DNA from: a virus | Taxonomy: Duplodnaviria > Caudoviricetes | Direction: 5' to 3' (one strand) | DNA length: 40,940 nt | Virus record (IMG/VR): IMGVR_UViG_3300037483_000108 | Location: 1-40,940 of that record | Shown here: positions 25,835 to 34,669 of the stretch, piece by piece | How positions within the stretch are numbered: position 1 is the stretch's first letter | Layout: each line of letters starts with the position of its first letter | Position numbers and translations under genes: made by a program | The notes under the pieces: generated by a model | Told to the model about the DNA's origin: nothing | The model's database searches: none | Seen by the model: only the letters and a program-made list of their open reading frames with translations

Positions 25835-27064
25835 CTATCCCATCCAGCCTTGCGGCCCTTGGTAGTGGTTGACGGTCGACTTAGGCTTTGGCTTGCTGAT
25901 AGCCTTTCTCGCCCCCTCACATGCATACCGAAGGGCGTCAATAGTGTGGTTGTTCTTGTCTGCCAACTTCGGCATGACTTGGCCAGTTAATGGATCAACC
26001 TCGTAGCTGTACAGCGTCAGTTCGTCGATCACATGTTTACATCGTGGGTGAACAACGATGTCGTAGGTCTTTAGGAACTCGATGCCGTCCTCGATAGACC
26101 CAGCGCCCTTGATCGCCCGATTGATCTTGGGGTAACCGTGCTTTTGCATGTAGGAGATCGTCTCCGGTCTCGCAGAGTCGGCGGTGATGAACCACTTACG
26201 GGAATCAGGGACGCGATCAAATAGGTCTGGAAGTTGGTCTATCTCGCAACCGATCATCCAGGCTTCGTAATCAACGTACAGCCTTCGTCCATCGAGGTGG
26301 CAGCGGACCAGGACAGAAGGGTCTACAGAGAAGCCCCAGTCTGCACCGAGACGGAAGGTCGCACCTTTGGGTGACTCGAACTCTTCTACTGTCCAGTTGC
26401 GGAATACGCGGGCTTCGGAGTTGCGTTGGTACTCACCAAGCCAGATATGGGCGTACTTGTCCGGGTCTCTGGCACGGTCGTATTCCATCTCCGCCTTGAG
26501 TACGTCGGGAAACCACGGGTTGTCCGCGTAGTTGACCTCAACCACCACCGAATCAGGTGGTGGGTGATCGCCTCTCAATAGCGCGTCAACCGGGTCAGAC
26601 TCTAAATTCGGGTTCCAGCTAAACCACAACTCCGAACCTTCTTTTCGGATTGTCGGTCGAAGTAGGTCTAGGCTGCGCTGTGAGCAGCTCTGCGCCTCTT
26701 CAAACCAGGCCCCATCGAACCCTTCCAGCGACTTGATGCTGTCTGCTGTGTGGTTCTGCATGCCCTGAAAGATGATCAGGCCATCGTATGGGGTGATGAT
26801 CTTGGACTCTTGAACGTCGAATAGATGACCGACGCCAAGCGCATCGATCTTAATTTCAAGCAGACGTTTGACAGACTGATTCAGTGACTTTTGGAACTCG
26901 CGAAGACAGGCCCAGTAGGTTTGCTGCATGACACAGCGTTCTATGAGGGCCTCGGCGAAGAAGTGAGACTTCGCGCTACCTCGTCCACCGTGAGCGCCCT
27001 TGTATCGTGACGGCTTGAGCAGCGGCTTATAGGCGCGCGGCGTCTCGATTTGCAGGGTTGTCAC
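25835..27064 (-). CDS. terL: Terminase large subunit (PBSX family)
   Basis: GGRGSAKS Walker A, WFEEAQ Walker B, SWNP, GADWGF, ADSARPE, NHTIDALRYA. Confidence 0.95.
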   Translation of the reverse strand: MTTLQIETPRAYKPLLKPSRYKGAHGGRGSAKSHFFAEALIERCVMQQTYWACLREFQKSLNQSVKRLLEIKIDALGVGHLFDVQESKIITPYDGLIIFQGMQNHTADSIKSLEGFDGAWFEEAQSCSQRSLDLLRPTIRKEGSELWFSWNPNLESDPVDALLRGDHPPPDSVVVEVNYADNPWFPDVLKAEMEYDRARDPDKYAHIWLGEYQRNSEARVFRNWTVEEFESPKGATFRLGADWGFSVDPSVLVRCHLDGRRLYVDYEAWMIGCEIDQLPDLFDRVPDSRKWFITADSARPETISYMQKHGYPKINRAIKGAGSIEDGIEFLKTYDIVVHPRCKHVIDELTLYSYEVDPLTGQVMPKLADKNNHTIDALRYACEGARKAISKPKPKSTVNHYQGPQGWMG

Positions 27065-27342
27065 TTAGGATCGACGATCACCCGCTCGATACGCTGAATG
27101 ATGCGAAGCGGGCTCTCTTCTTCACCGACGATGGACTGCGCGGGCTTACCGTCCAGGCGGTCTCCGAGTTCCTTCAATGCGACCATGTCGCCGCTATCGC
27201 AGTTGACTAGCAGTTTCTCTGCCAGCTCGTTTAGGGCCTTGATCTTGTCGCCACCGCCGCGCTTCTCTAGCGCACGTTCTATAGCAGCGGCCCAGAGCTT
27301 TGCTTTTGCTGCGTTGCGGTTGCCTACGGGTGCGCCTGCCAT
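27061..27342 (-). CDS. terS: Terminase small subunit
   Basis: GAPVGNRNA N-terminus, ALKELGDRLDGKPAQ; immediately upstream of terL. Confidence 0.8.
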   Translation of the reverse strand: MAGAPVGNRNAAKAKLWAAAIERALEKRGGGDKIKALNELAEKLLVNCDSGDMVALKELGDRLDGKPAQSIVGEEESPLRIIQRIERVIVDPK

Positions 27343-27369
27343 GTTATTGATTCAATGTAAACATTTGAG

Positions 27370-27600
27370 TTAGCGCGTTCTAGGCTGGGGCTGAACCTGC
27401 GCCATTTCCCGCGTCTTCATCGCCTTCCACGCCTCATAATCGATCTGCGGTATCTCGCCCATTGCCATGCGCTCTTGGTCTTTGAGCCACAGCGGACGGA
27501 GGGTCATGTCGTCCGCTGCCATCTTCGCCATACCAGTGCCGGGCATGGTGGGTTTTGGATTGCCGTAGAGTTGCATGGCGAGGTCGAAGGCGTTCTTCAT
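27370..27600 (-). CDS. Hypothetical protein
   Basis: GAGGA RBS; coupled ORF. Confidence 0.6.
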   Translation of the reverse strand: MKNAFDLAMQLYGNPKPTMPGTGMAKMAADDMTLRPLWLKDQERMAMGEIPQIDYEAWKAMKTREMAQVQPQPRTR

Positions 27601-27842
27601 TTCTTCCTCGGCTTACCGCCGTACTTCTTTCCTTTGCTTTTTCCACAGGGCATGGGGATCTCCTTCATGTGCCGGCGAACCATCGCCGTCGAGCGGTTGT
27701 TACGGAATACCTGAAACTGGACGCGCTTGTCCTTGATGCGGAAATTAATCGTGTGGACCAGACCACAGTCGCAACAGGCCATCTTGTAGCCTTTACGGAC
27801 TGGCTGTATCCATTCGCCGGCTTCTGGCTTGTCGTACTTCAG
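27597..27842 (-). CDS. CCDCGLVH-motif phage protein (start uncertain, possibly CTG)
   Basis: EWIQPVRKGYKMACCDCGLVH; the CTG overlaps the upstream TGA. Confidence 0.6.
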   Translation of the reverse strand: MKYDKPEAGEWIQPVRKGYKMACCDCGLVHTINFRIKDKRVQFQVFRNNRSTAMVRRHMKEIPMPCGKSKGKKYGGKPRKK

Positions 27843-28165
27843 GCGAAACGTTCCAGGGCACTGATCGTCTGTTCGAACTTGTTCACCAGGGAATCGGTGG
27901 AGTCCGCAATGCGGTACATGTCGCCCAGGAGAGAAGACGCGTAGCCGGTCTCGCCAGGAACCTTCGCAACCTCTGTCGGGCGCGCACCGTTGATCCTGGC
28001 TTCCATGCCTTGCAGTCGCTCCAGGAGCGCGAGCCCGTGCGCAATGGCGGCGTCGATGCGGTGTATGGCGGCAACGCCGCATGGGTCTTCAGAAACGGCG
28101 GATGGCGGACCGGCCTGATTAACCGCGCCGATAACCTGGCCTACGGGGATACCGTATCGGGACAT
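27839..28165 (-). CDS. Hypothetical protein, first late gene
   Basis: GGAGA RBS; follows the tR'-like terminator. Confidence 0.6.
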   Translation of the reverse strand: MSRYGIPVGQVIGAVNQAGPPSAVSEDPCGVAAIHRIDAAIAHGLALLERLQGMEARINGARPTEVAKVPGETGYASSLLGDMYRIADSTDSLVNKFEQTISALERFA

Positions 28166-28188
28166 GATCTTCTCCGGTGATTGGCAAT

Positions 28189-28220
28189 AAAAAAGCCCCG
28201 ACCGTTCCCAGTCAGGGCTT
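28189..28220 (-). terminator. tR'-like terminator downstream of the Q-like gene
   Basis: Minus strand AAGCCCTGAC...GTCGGGGCTTTTTT. Confidence 0.7.
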
Positions 28221-28255
28221 GAGTGTTTCTCTCTGTGGCAATTACCACATATTAG

Positions 28256-28696
28256 CTATCTTGTAGCACTTTCGACCGGTCGACGCAAGCTCTGTCTGCC
28301 TGCCCGCCACGCATCCAGCCAAATCCGGGCCTCGCTCAATATTCGCTTGTACGCCGACTCATTCAATGGCCGGGCGAGCCACACGCCGGCCAGCCCGGCC
28401 TTGGCCGCGTTAGTCAATCCTCTCGGGTCATAGTAGTGCGTCCGTATCACATGCCAATGGTTGATTTTTGCACGCGCCAGCTCCTGCAATGCGTCGTGCG
28501 CATCGCTCACGTCCTGGTCCATGGTTATCCTTGGCGGTCCGCCCTCGCCCTTGATCAATACCCCACCCATGCGCCATAGCTCATACTCGACCGTCTTACT
28601 TGGGTAGCCTAGGGCCTCATGCTGGTGTCGACGTACCCAATCCGCCCAGTGATATAGCCAGTCATCGAGATTTCTGATCAATGCGCCCCCTACCAT
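28256..28696 (-). CDS. Late antiterminator Q-like protein
   Basis: L..W.DW...LGYP..T, then helical HTH-like C-terminus; last early gene before the terminator and late operon. Confidence 0.65.
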   Translation of the reverse strand: MVGGALIRNLDDWLYHWADWVRRHQHEALGYPSKTVEYELWRMGGVLIKGEGGPPRITMDQDVSDAHDALQELARAKINHWHVIRTHYYDPRGLTNAAKAGLAGVWLARPLNESAYKRILSEARIWLDAWRAGRQSLRRPVESATR

Positions 28697-28901
28697 TACC
28701 CTTGTTCACTGATTTCAGTCGATACCACGGTTTGCAGATCGTCTTATCCCCGTTCGGGAACGCCGGTTGCAGCGCATCACATATCCGCGCGCCGCCGGTG
28801 GTGTTATTTTTCCACCCGTACCATTGGCAGCTCGGACAGCCGCTCTCTGACCTCTGCGTGCCGATGGCTATCTGCTCTGGTGTCATGCGGTGGATTCTCA
28901 T
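28662..28901 (-). CDS. Cys-containing hypothetical protein
   Basis: CPSC...C...C; coupled ORF. Confidence 0.55.
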   Translation of the reverse strand: MRIHRMTPEQIAIGTQRSESGCPSCQWYGWKNNTTGGARICDALQPAFPNGDKTICKPWYRLKSVNKGNGRGRIDQKSR

Positions 28902-29224
28902 TCAGGGTCGGGGACTTCTTCACCGAGGCGGGGAGCACAATAGGCACGCATGGCGGCGATGAGTGGCGTGGGACCGAATGATGCTGGACCACCCTTGTAC
29001 GGATGAGATATCCACACGCCATCATGTTCTGTCTCGCAGTAGAGTTCGATCCGCTCCCGCTCTATGATCGGCCCACCAAACGTCCATTGGGTACTTGGAG
29101 AAAACGGCCACCATTGCCCGCCAATCAGTGTGAAACAGATATCGTTCTTTACTTTGGCCTCAATACCGCTGGCCTTGGCTACGTAGTAATCCAGCAAATA
29201 CCCGTCCAGTTCACTAATTTTCAT
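28898..29224 (-). CDS. NinX / DUF2591 family protein
   Basis: LDYYVAKA, FSPSTQW..GGPIIERERIEL and GPTPLIAAMRAY motifs. Confidence 0.85.
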   Translation of the reverse strand: MKISELDGYLLDYYVAKASGIEAKVKNDICFTLIGGQWWPFSPSTQWTFGGPIIERERIELYCETEHDGVWISHPYKGGPASFGPTPLIAAMRAYCAPRLGEEVPDPE

Positions 29225-29456
29225 CTAACCGTCCTCGTTCTCGCGTCGATAATGAATCACCCCGCTGATCCCGATCCCAATCAGGACACCGATCAACAGG
29301 GCGGCGATTATGAGCATCGGACATCCTCTAGCTCCGCGATGACCTTCGCGGCCAGGCCGAGGGCTATTGCCCTCTTATTCCAACCGGTCGCCTCTTCCGA
29401 TTCCCGGATCAGATCGTTCGCTTGTCGCATTAGTTCTTTGATGCGTTGGTCTTTGG

Positions 29457-29855
29457 TCATAGCTCCGCCTCGCACCGCTTGAAGTGGTCCAGCATCTCTT
29501 CATACTCCGCTCGGCTGATTTTCATCGTGCCCAGCGCACTCAGGCGGTCAACCTCTTCGCGCCCGTAGGTGTCACACAGCCAGATCGCATAGTTGCCCAG
29601 GTTGCCGTGCAGAAACCGATTGCAGTGTGTGCACTGTGGATGAATATTGTTCCAGTCGAAGTAAGCCGCCGCGCCTCGACTTTTCGGTGTGTAATGTCCT
29701 GCATCCATTTCCTTCCAGTGGTGTTCTCGTCCACACGTGACACAAGCGACCATGCCTCGATGGTCGGCATAGATTTGGCGCTTGATAAGGCTGAGCAGGT
29801 CCCATGCCTTTTGCTTGAGGCGCGGGAGGGATGGACGCTTCTTCTTCCTCATCAT
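29457..29855 (-). CDS. ninG: NinG/Rap-family recombination endonuclease
   Basis: CVTCG...MDAGHY...FD..NIHPQCTHCN.FLHGN...Y. Confidence 0.85.
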   Translation of the reverse strand: MMRKKKRPSLPRLKQKAWDLLSLIKRQIYADHRGMVACVTCGREHHWKEMDAGHYTPKSRGAAAYFDWNNIHPQCTHCNRFLHGNLGNYAIWLCDTYGREEVDRLSALGTMKISRAEYEEMLDHFKRCEAEL

Positions 29856-30001
29856 TCCTTGAGTCCGATAGCGGAAATGCCGATGCCCACAATAACGGCA
29901 ATCGTTGCCACCGTGATCCACCAGTTGCGATCGGCGACCGAGACCCATCCAAGATATGCCGCGCCCACCGTTGCTAACATTTGTCCAGCCAGATACAGCA
30001 T
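29852..30001 (-). CDS. Small two-TM membrane protein (49 aa)
   Basis: MLYLAGQMLATVG...AIGLKE; coupled to its neighbours; not in the ORF track. Confidence 0.45.
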   Translation of the reverse strand: MLYLAGQMLATVGAAYLGWVSVADRNWWITVATIAVIVGIGISAIGLKE

Positions 30002-30333
30002 CAGATATTCCCCTTTCTTTGGTTCGCGCTAAGGGTTCTGTAAAGGTCCACCGTGAGAACTGCTCGCTCCCGTTTGTTCTCCATCAGCTCGAAGTCCACT
30101 ACGGCTGTCTGGTATCGCTCGGTCAGGTCTTTGTACGCTTTGCTCGCATAGGCTTTCTGTTCGCGTTCACCGTTTGTGCCGGTGGCGTTTAGGTACTCCT
30201 CGGCCTTGATCGTTTTGAATCCGTGCTCGATGGCTTTCACCAGCGCTTTTGCTTGTGCGTGGGCTTCGTCCGTCTGGCCCAGATAGTGCAGGGCGGCTTC
30301 TACTTGTTTGAGGTCGATCACTCTCCCCTCCAC
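30001..30333 (-). CDS. Hypothetical coiled-coil phage protein
   Basis: AYAS..Y...YRTLSANQR pattern. Confidence 0.65.
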   Translation of the reverse strand: MEGRVIDLKQVEAALHYLGQTDEAHAQAKALVKAIEHGFKTIKAEEYLNATGTNGEREQKAYASKAYKDLTERYQTAVVDFELMENKRERAVLTVDLYRTLSANQRKGNI

Positions 30334-30400
30334 GGCCTGAACTTATGCCGATGTATACGGCATAGGGCGTATATTTTCCTGGTGTCGGTTATGCCGAGTT

Positions 30401-30835
30401 TCATGTCAGCGCTCCGCGAATCTTCGCTAGCTCAGACAATGCCTTGTCCTTGTCCGCCCTCGGCGCCGGCAACAGTCCCGCCGTCTCGCTGTGCGCCGCT
30501 GTCAGTCGTTTTGCAGGCAGGCACATAGCGCGGAACTCCGGCAACGTCGGTGGCCACGGCTCGGCGCTGATACGGCATTTCTCCAGGCCGATACCCACCT
30601 GTTTGGGTGTCACGTCTCCCAGTCCAGTTAGCCACGTACCGTCGTCCTGCAAGCCATAGGCGCTTGGCCATCTGTGGCCGTAGATCATCGTCATGCGCTC
30701 CCAAAAGCGTTCGACGTCGTCATCCGTCAATCCGCTCGGCATCACCGTCGAGCGTGTTACGCGCGGCGCGGGCTTGCGCATTGGCTCGTCGGACTTTGCC
30801 GATAGCGGAGTTGTCAATTGGTTGATGTGTTTCAT
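30401..30835 (-). CDS. Replication protein P-like (helicase loader)
   Basis: FWERM..IYG.RW...YG...W...L and WPPTLPEF..MC motifs; GGAGG RBS at ATG 30835. Confidence 0.75.
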   Translation of the reverse strand: MKHINQLTTPLSAKSDEPMRKPAPRVTRSTVMPSGLTDDDVERFWERMTMIYGHRWPSAYGLQDDGTWLTGLGDVTPKQVGIGLEKCRISAEPWPPTLPEFRAMCLPAKRLTAAHSETAGLLPAPRADKDKALSELAKIRGALT

Positions 30836-31511
30836 GGCGTTTTCCTCCACGGTCTTGCTCGCGGGCGAGCCAGTCGGTGATGTGCCGCAGGATGCCTTTG
30901 CGGGTCTTGCGTTTGGTCGGATTGGCGATATTCCACTGCCGGATTTCGCGCAGCTTCTGCGGCACGTCCACGGCTGGATATGCCTCCTCCCAGTCGGCGA
31001 CTTGTGCTTCGGTGATCGGGTGTTCGGATTTGTCCACAAGCGGCACGGCGATGAACACCGGCGAGGAGTCGCAGCGCGGCTCCACGCAAATGGTTTTCGA
31101 TTCCGTACTCGATTCCGTACTCGATTCCGTCTCCGTCTCCGTCTCCGTAGCATTTGCTGTCACGTGCTGACACGTGTCAGCGGATGACGGCGGATGTGGC
31201 CACTTGCTGCTTTTGGCCCGCAGCCGCTGGTCGAACTTGGCAATCTCCACAAACCGCTTTCCATCGACGGTGTACACCTTGAGTAGCCCCGTTTCAGCGA
31301 CCTCGCGCATCCACGTTTCCACGTCCCGGTCCGACACTCGATCTATTTTCAGCGGGTAGAGTACCGCCCTTAAAATGGCTGCCCTGCCGTCATACCGTCC
31401 ATAATCATCAACCACGTTAATCAGCCGGCGATAGAACACCTCGGCGGCCCAAGAGAGTCTGTTGACTGATTCGCTTGTTAAAATGCCAGCCCTTACTACG
31501 CGGTCAGGCAT
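30720..31511 (-). CDS. Replication initiator (O-like)
   Basis: N-terminal wHTH-type DDYGR motif, low-complexity linker with repeats, C-terminal W..AYP.VD...W..ANP.KRKT..G..R....WL.R.QD. Confidence 0.8.
   Translation of the reverse strand: MPDRVVRAGILTSESVNRLSWAAEVFYRRLINVVDDYGRYDGRAAILRAVLYPLKIDRVSDRDVETWMREVAETGLLKVYTVDGKRFVEIAKFDQRLRAKSSKWPHPPSSADTCQHVTANATETETETESSTESSTESKTICVEPRCDSSPVFIAVPLVDKSEHPITEAQVADWEEAYPAVDVPQKLREIRQWNIANPTKRKTRKGILRHITDWLAREQDRGGKRHETHQPIDNSAIGKVRRANAQARAARNTLDGDAERIDG
31097..31185. repeat. Probable replication origin inside the initiator gene
   Basis: TCGATTCCGTAC x2 plus a partial copy, (CTCCGT)x3, TGCTG[T/A]CA repeats and the perfect palindrome GCTGACACGTGTCAGC (31166-31181). 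Confidence 0.55.
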
Positions 31512-31513
31512 GG

Positions 31514-32290
31514 CTAAGCCGCTTTGCGCACGATTTCAGATATAAACCAGTCCTTGATTTCATCCGATGCCGCGTTCCATGCCTGCATAAGCCGTTCGCG
31601 CTCTTTGCGCAGCTTTTCCTGCTTTACTTTTTCTGGGTCCGGCTTTGCTTTTGGTTTGCTAGCAGGCTTTGTAATGGCCTTTAGATCTTGCTCAACCTTC
31701 TCCGCCATCTCTTCTTCCGGCAGATCTTTGATGGAATCCATGTAAGCGCCAGAATCGAGTTTGGTGCCTTCAATCTTCTCCCGGATTGATTCAGGGATTT
31801 TCTCTGCGCGGGAGATGGCGCGGTTGATTGTGGTTTTGTCTACACCAGTTTTTTCTGCCGTGTCAGACGCAAATCCTTCCGCGCGATGGCCTTTGCCATC
31901 CTCACGTTTACTTTCAATCGGTGCATCTTGCATCGATTGATGTTTCGCCTCCCATATCTCCTTCCGCCGCTTCAAGTGTTCTGCTTGCTGAACAGGCGTG
32001 AGTTCCGCGCGCATCAGGTTCTCATCAATCTCCCAAAGCTCACGATCAAGCTCGTTGAGATCCACAAAGAAGCAATCGATCTGCTGCCAACCGAGCTTTT
32101 TGCATGCCTCGAGCCGGTGATGCCCAGCCACGAGAACGCACGTATCCGCATCGGTCGCCCAGACGCTTATCGGCTGCTGTAATCCGATTGCTTTAATCGA
32201 TTCGACAAGCGCATCCACTCGCTCAGGAGAAAGGGGGCGGTGCCGCCCCCGGATTTCTACACCATCAATGAATGCCTTTCCGAGTTCCAT
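31514..32290 (-). CDS. ParB/Srx N-terminal domain protein
   Basis: L.ESIKAIGLQQPI.V...LVAGHHRLEA, EIDENL.R.EL, then an HTH. Confidence 0.85.
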   Translation of the reverse strand: MELGKAFIDGVEIRGRHRPLSPERVDALVESIKAIGLQQPISVWATDADTCVLVAGHHRLEACKKLGWQQIDCFFVDLNELDRELWEIDENLMRAELTPVQQAEHLKRRKEIWEAKHQSMQDAPIESKREDGKGHRAEGFASDTAEKTGVDKTTINRAISRAEKIPESIREKIEGTKLDSGAYMDSIKDLPEEEMAEKVEQDLKAITKPASKPKAKPDPEKVKQEKLRKERERLMQAWNAASDEIKDWFISEIVRKAA

Positions 32291-32299
32291 AAATCTCTC

Positions 32300-33193
32300 C
32301 TACTTGATCTTCGGGAAAGGCTGGTTCGGATTCTGCTCCCCGCGCCACCGGAATATTGCGATATGCCGATGCTCACGCATGGCGTTCCACGCCTGAACAG
32401 TGAAGGCCGCAAGCGCCTCAGAACTAACTCGGTTATGGCCTATAAGGTTATTCAAAAGAAACCCACGCAATTTATGGGCGGGGTCTTTTGTCGAAGTGAC
32501 GCCGACGCCTGTCGCCACTTTCGTAAAAAAATCATCTGCCTGGACATGGTGTTTATCTGTACAGAGATAATGCAGGGCGACCATGAGAGATGGTGGTGCC
32601 AGATTTCCTTTATTGAATCGCACACCAAACTTTCTGGATTCGTGGAGATCGCCGCTCAGACCCATGTAATACTCGTATTGGTCCTCTTTTGTGAGATATT
32701 TATCGGAGTCGAATCGGGACATTCCCATTGCGTTATAGCGGTAAATCCATGCCACAGCCGCTGCGATCAAGGCGGGATCGATAACGCCATTAATCGTAAA
32801 AATATCCTGTGCGGTACGAATTCCGTGCGCGTCCTCGTTATTGAATGATTCAGGGGAAAGGCCGAACGCAACGAAAAATTCGCATGGGATACCGCTCTCG
32901 ATAACTGCCGTGAGCCGATGCTGACCATTTGTGAGATTGCCGTCCGTATCAAATCCGATCCCTGTCGTGACGAGACGCCAACGACCTTTTTGGATTTCGA
33001 TAACGAATTTCTTAACACGGGTTTTCCGGATGCTTCTATTTTTTCGGGAAAGCGAATTGTGTTCCAGCATGATAGATGCCATTTCAGGCGTGACCGTCAT
33101 GCGCGCCGCGTGCGACGGCGGACTCTTGATCATCCAGTGCAATTGTTTACGAAAGGGCGTTTTGTTATTATCTATTTCATAGACTTTATTCAT
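32300..33193 (-). CDS. ParB-related (GQHR motif) protein
   Basis: VTPEMA..ML..N..NR.IR..RV...I..G.W....I.FD.DG.L.NGQHRL.AV..SG. Confidence 0.75.
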   Translation of the reverse strand: MNKVYEIDNNKTPFRKQLHWMIKSPPSHAARMTVTPEMASIMLEHNSLSRKNRSIRKTRVKKFVIEIQKGRWRLVTTGIGFDTDGNLTNGQHRLTAVIESGIPCEFFVAFGLSPESFNNEDAHGIRTAQDIFTINGVIDPALIAAAVAWIYRYNAMGMSRFDSDKYLTKEDQYEYYMGLSGDLHESRKFGVRFNKGNLAPPSLMVALHYLCTDKHHVQADDFFTKVATGVGVTSTKDPAHKLRGFLLNNLIGHNRVSSEALAAFTVQAWNAMREHRHIAIFRWRGEQNPNQPFPKIK

Positions 33194-33451
33194 CTTTATA
33201 TCCTTAGCCCGGCTAGCACCGGGCTTTTTTATGCCAGAAGAAAAGGCGCTGGCATTAACCGCCTGTAGAGTCTCCCTAGAACTTCCTGGCGGCCTTCCCT
33301 TTCCGCCATTCCAATATCTGCCTAACCCCTCTCCCAATAACGCCCTTCAGCGGCTCGGGATACTGCCTGACCTCCCGTCTCTGCTCCTGTACGTCCGTCA
33401 ACCGTGCTATGCGGACGATGGCGGTGCGGCAGGTGTGGATGTCGTCGTCGG

Positions 33452-33556
33452 TCAGTGAAACCACCACCAGTCCAGCAACCATGAAATAAGCATCATCACG
33501 ATCATTATTAATGCCGCGTACCCAGCTATTTCGAGGGCGGCTTCGATCATAGTCAT
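33452..33556 (-). CDS. Small TM peptide (34 aa)
   Basis: MTMIEAALEIAGYAALIMIVMMLISWLLDWWWFH; coupled; not in the ORF track. Confidence 0.4.
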   Translation of the reverse strand: MTMIEAALEIAGYAALIMIVMMLISWLLDWWWFH

Positions 33557-33678
33557 CCCCACCAGCTCTTCACTTCCCGCCTCTCCTCCACAAACGGCCT
33601 ATACGTCGCCCACGCGATGATCGGGATACCGATGGCGAGAATGAGGAGATAGCCTAGGATGGGATAGAGGATATTCAT
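33553..33678 (-). CDS. Small TM peptide (41 aa)
   Basis: MNILYPILGYLLILAIGIPIIAWATY...; GGGAG RBS; not in the ORF track. Confidence 0.5.
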   Translation of the reverse strand: MNILYPILGYLLILAIGIPIIAWATYRPFVEERREVKSWWG

Positions 33679-33950
33679 GGCGTCTCCCGGTTACGGATGG
33701 CCTGAGCACATTCCTCGGCCTCGTGGTATTCGTACAGGAATTCCGTCTTATTATTCGCAAGCCAATCCAACTCCGCCGCTTCGGCACGTTCGTCACATAC
33801 CTTTGCGCAGGCTTCTCGTTCCTGAGCAATCAGAGCCTCAGCAAAGTCGATCAGCTCCCGGTCGGTCGCGCGGGTGATGTGGTCCTTTCCGAAATACAAA
33901 CCTTGGTCCAGCTTCTTTCTGACCAAGTCGAGAATGTCTTCACTAATCAT
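33675..33950 (-). CDS. Hypothetical protein (EREACA...AIRNR family)
   Basis: GGAG RBS at ATG 33950; paralogous motifs with 34449..34667. Confidence 0.65.
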   Translation of the reverse strand: MISEDILDLVRKKLDQGLYFGKDHITRATDRELIDFAEALIAQEREACAKVCDERAEAAELDWLANNKTEFLYEYHEAEECAQAIRNRETP

Positions 33951-34131
33951 CGCTAGACGCTCCGGCCTCTTCCCATCTTTGCAGCGCATCCATTGCGCTG
34001 ATCTCGGGGACAACTGTCGTGGAATATCTGCCTGTCGTCGCATGCGCAATCATTCGCACAGATGCCCATCGGACGAGCCAGCGAGGAAGTTTCCACGCGA
34101 TCCACATTTGTATTTTCTCGACCATACTCAT
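33943..34131 (-). CDS. Hypothetical protein
   Basis: AGGAG RBS; IAWKLPRWLV.W motif. Confidence 0.65.
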   Translation of the reverse strand: MSMVEKIQMWIAWKLPRWLVRWASVRMIAHATTGRYSTTVVPEISAMDALQRWEEAGASSDD

Positions 34132-34134
34132 CTC

Positions 34135-34452
34135 CTAACGAATCGACGTAAATTTCCCGCAATGCCGGCATTTGGTACGGCTCCGCCCGTCTAGCGCCTG
34201 CTTCGCCTCTTTGTAGCCATCATACAAACGAGTGACGCGGTGCCATTCCTCGGCCAACATCGCCAACCAGCCCATCGGATTTAATTCTTGTCCACAGTCG
34301 TTGCATTTGATGTTTGCCAGACTGGGGTCGATGTAGACGCTGTTGTGCGCACACTGCTTTTTCAGTTGCTGCTCAAGGCGCGTCTGCCTCACCACTTCGA
34401 GGCTAATGATATTGCCGGCGCTATCCGGCAAATTGATCTTCAAGCTAGTCAT
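34135..34452 (-). CDS. Zinc-finger hypothetical protein
   Basis: C.H...C..C and C..C motifs; coupled start at 34452. Confidence 0.65.
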   Translation of the reverse strand: MTSLKINLPDSAGNIISLEVVRQTRLEQQLKKQCAHNSVYIDPSLANIKCNDCGQELNPMGWLAMLAEEWHRVTRLYDGYKEAKQALDGRSRTKCRHCGKFTSIR

Positions 34453-34667
34453 CGTTCGGGCTCCCGGTTGCGGATGGCGGTAGCGAACCTGAGTCCGTGA
34501 TCGCCGCCGCCGAAGGCCCAGAGCTTCTCGCAAAGACTCGCGCACGCCTCGCGCTCGAGCAGGACGTCTTGGCGGATTAATTCCGCCCGTTTTTCCCCTT
34601 CCTCAAGACGACCTTTAGCCATGCCTTGGTGAAAACCGTTGAAGAACGCTTCTTCTTCGCTAGTCAT
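34449..34667 (-). CDS. Hypothetical protein (EREACA...AIRNR family)
   Basis: Same RBS/start sequence as the gene starting at 33950. Confidence 0.65.
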   Translation of the reverse strand: MTSEEEAFFNGFHQGMAKGRLEEGEKRAELIRQDVLLEREACASLCEKLWAFGGGDHGLRFATAIRNREPER

Positions 34668-34669
34668 CG

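Noticed and set aside
33194-33337. N-terminal extension of the GQHR protein (345 aa ORF)
   Set aside because: Crosses a hairpin; an AAGGA RBS precedes ATG 33193
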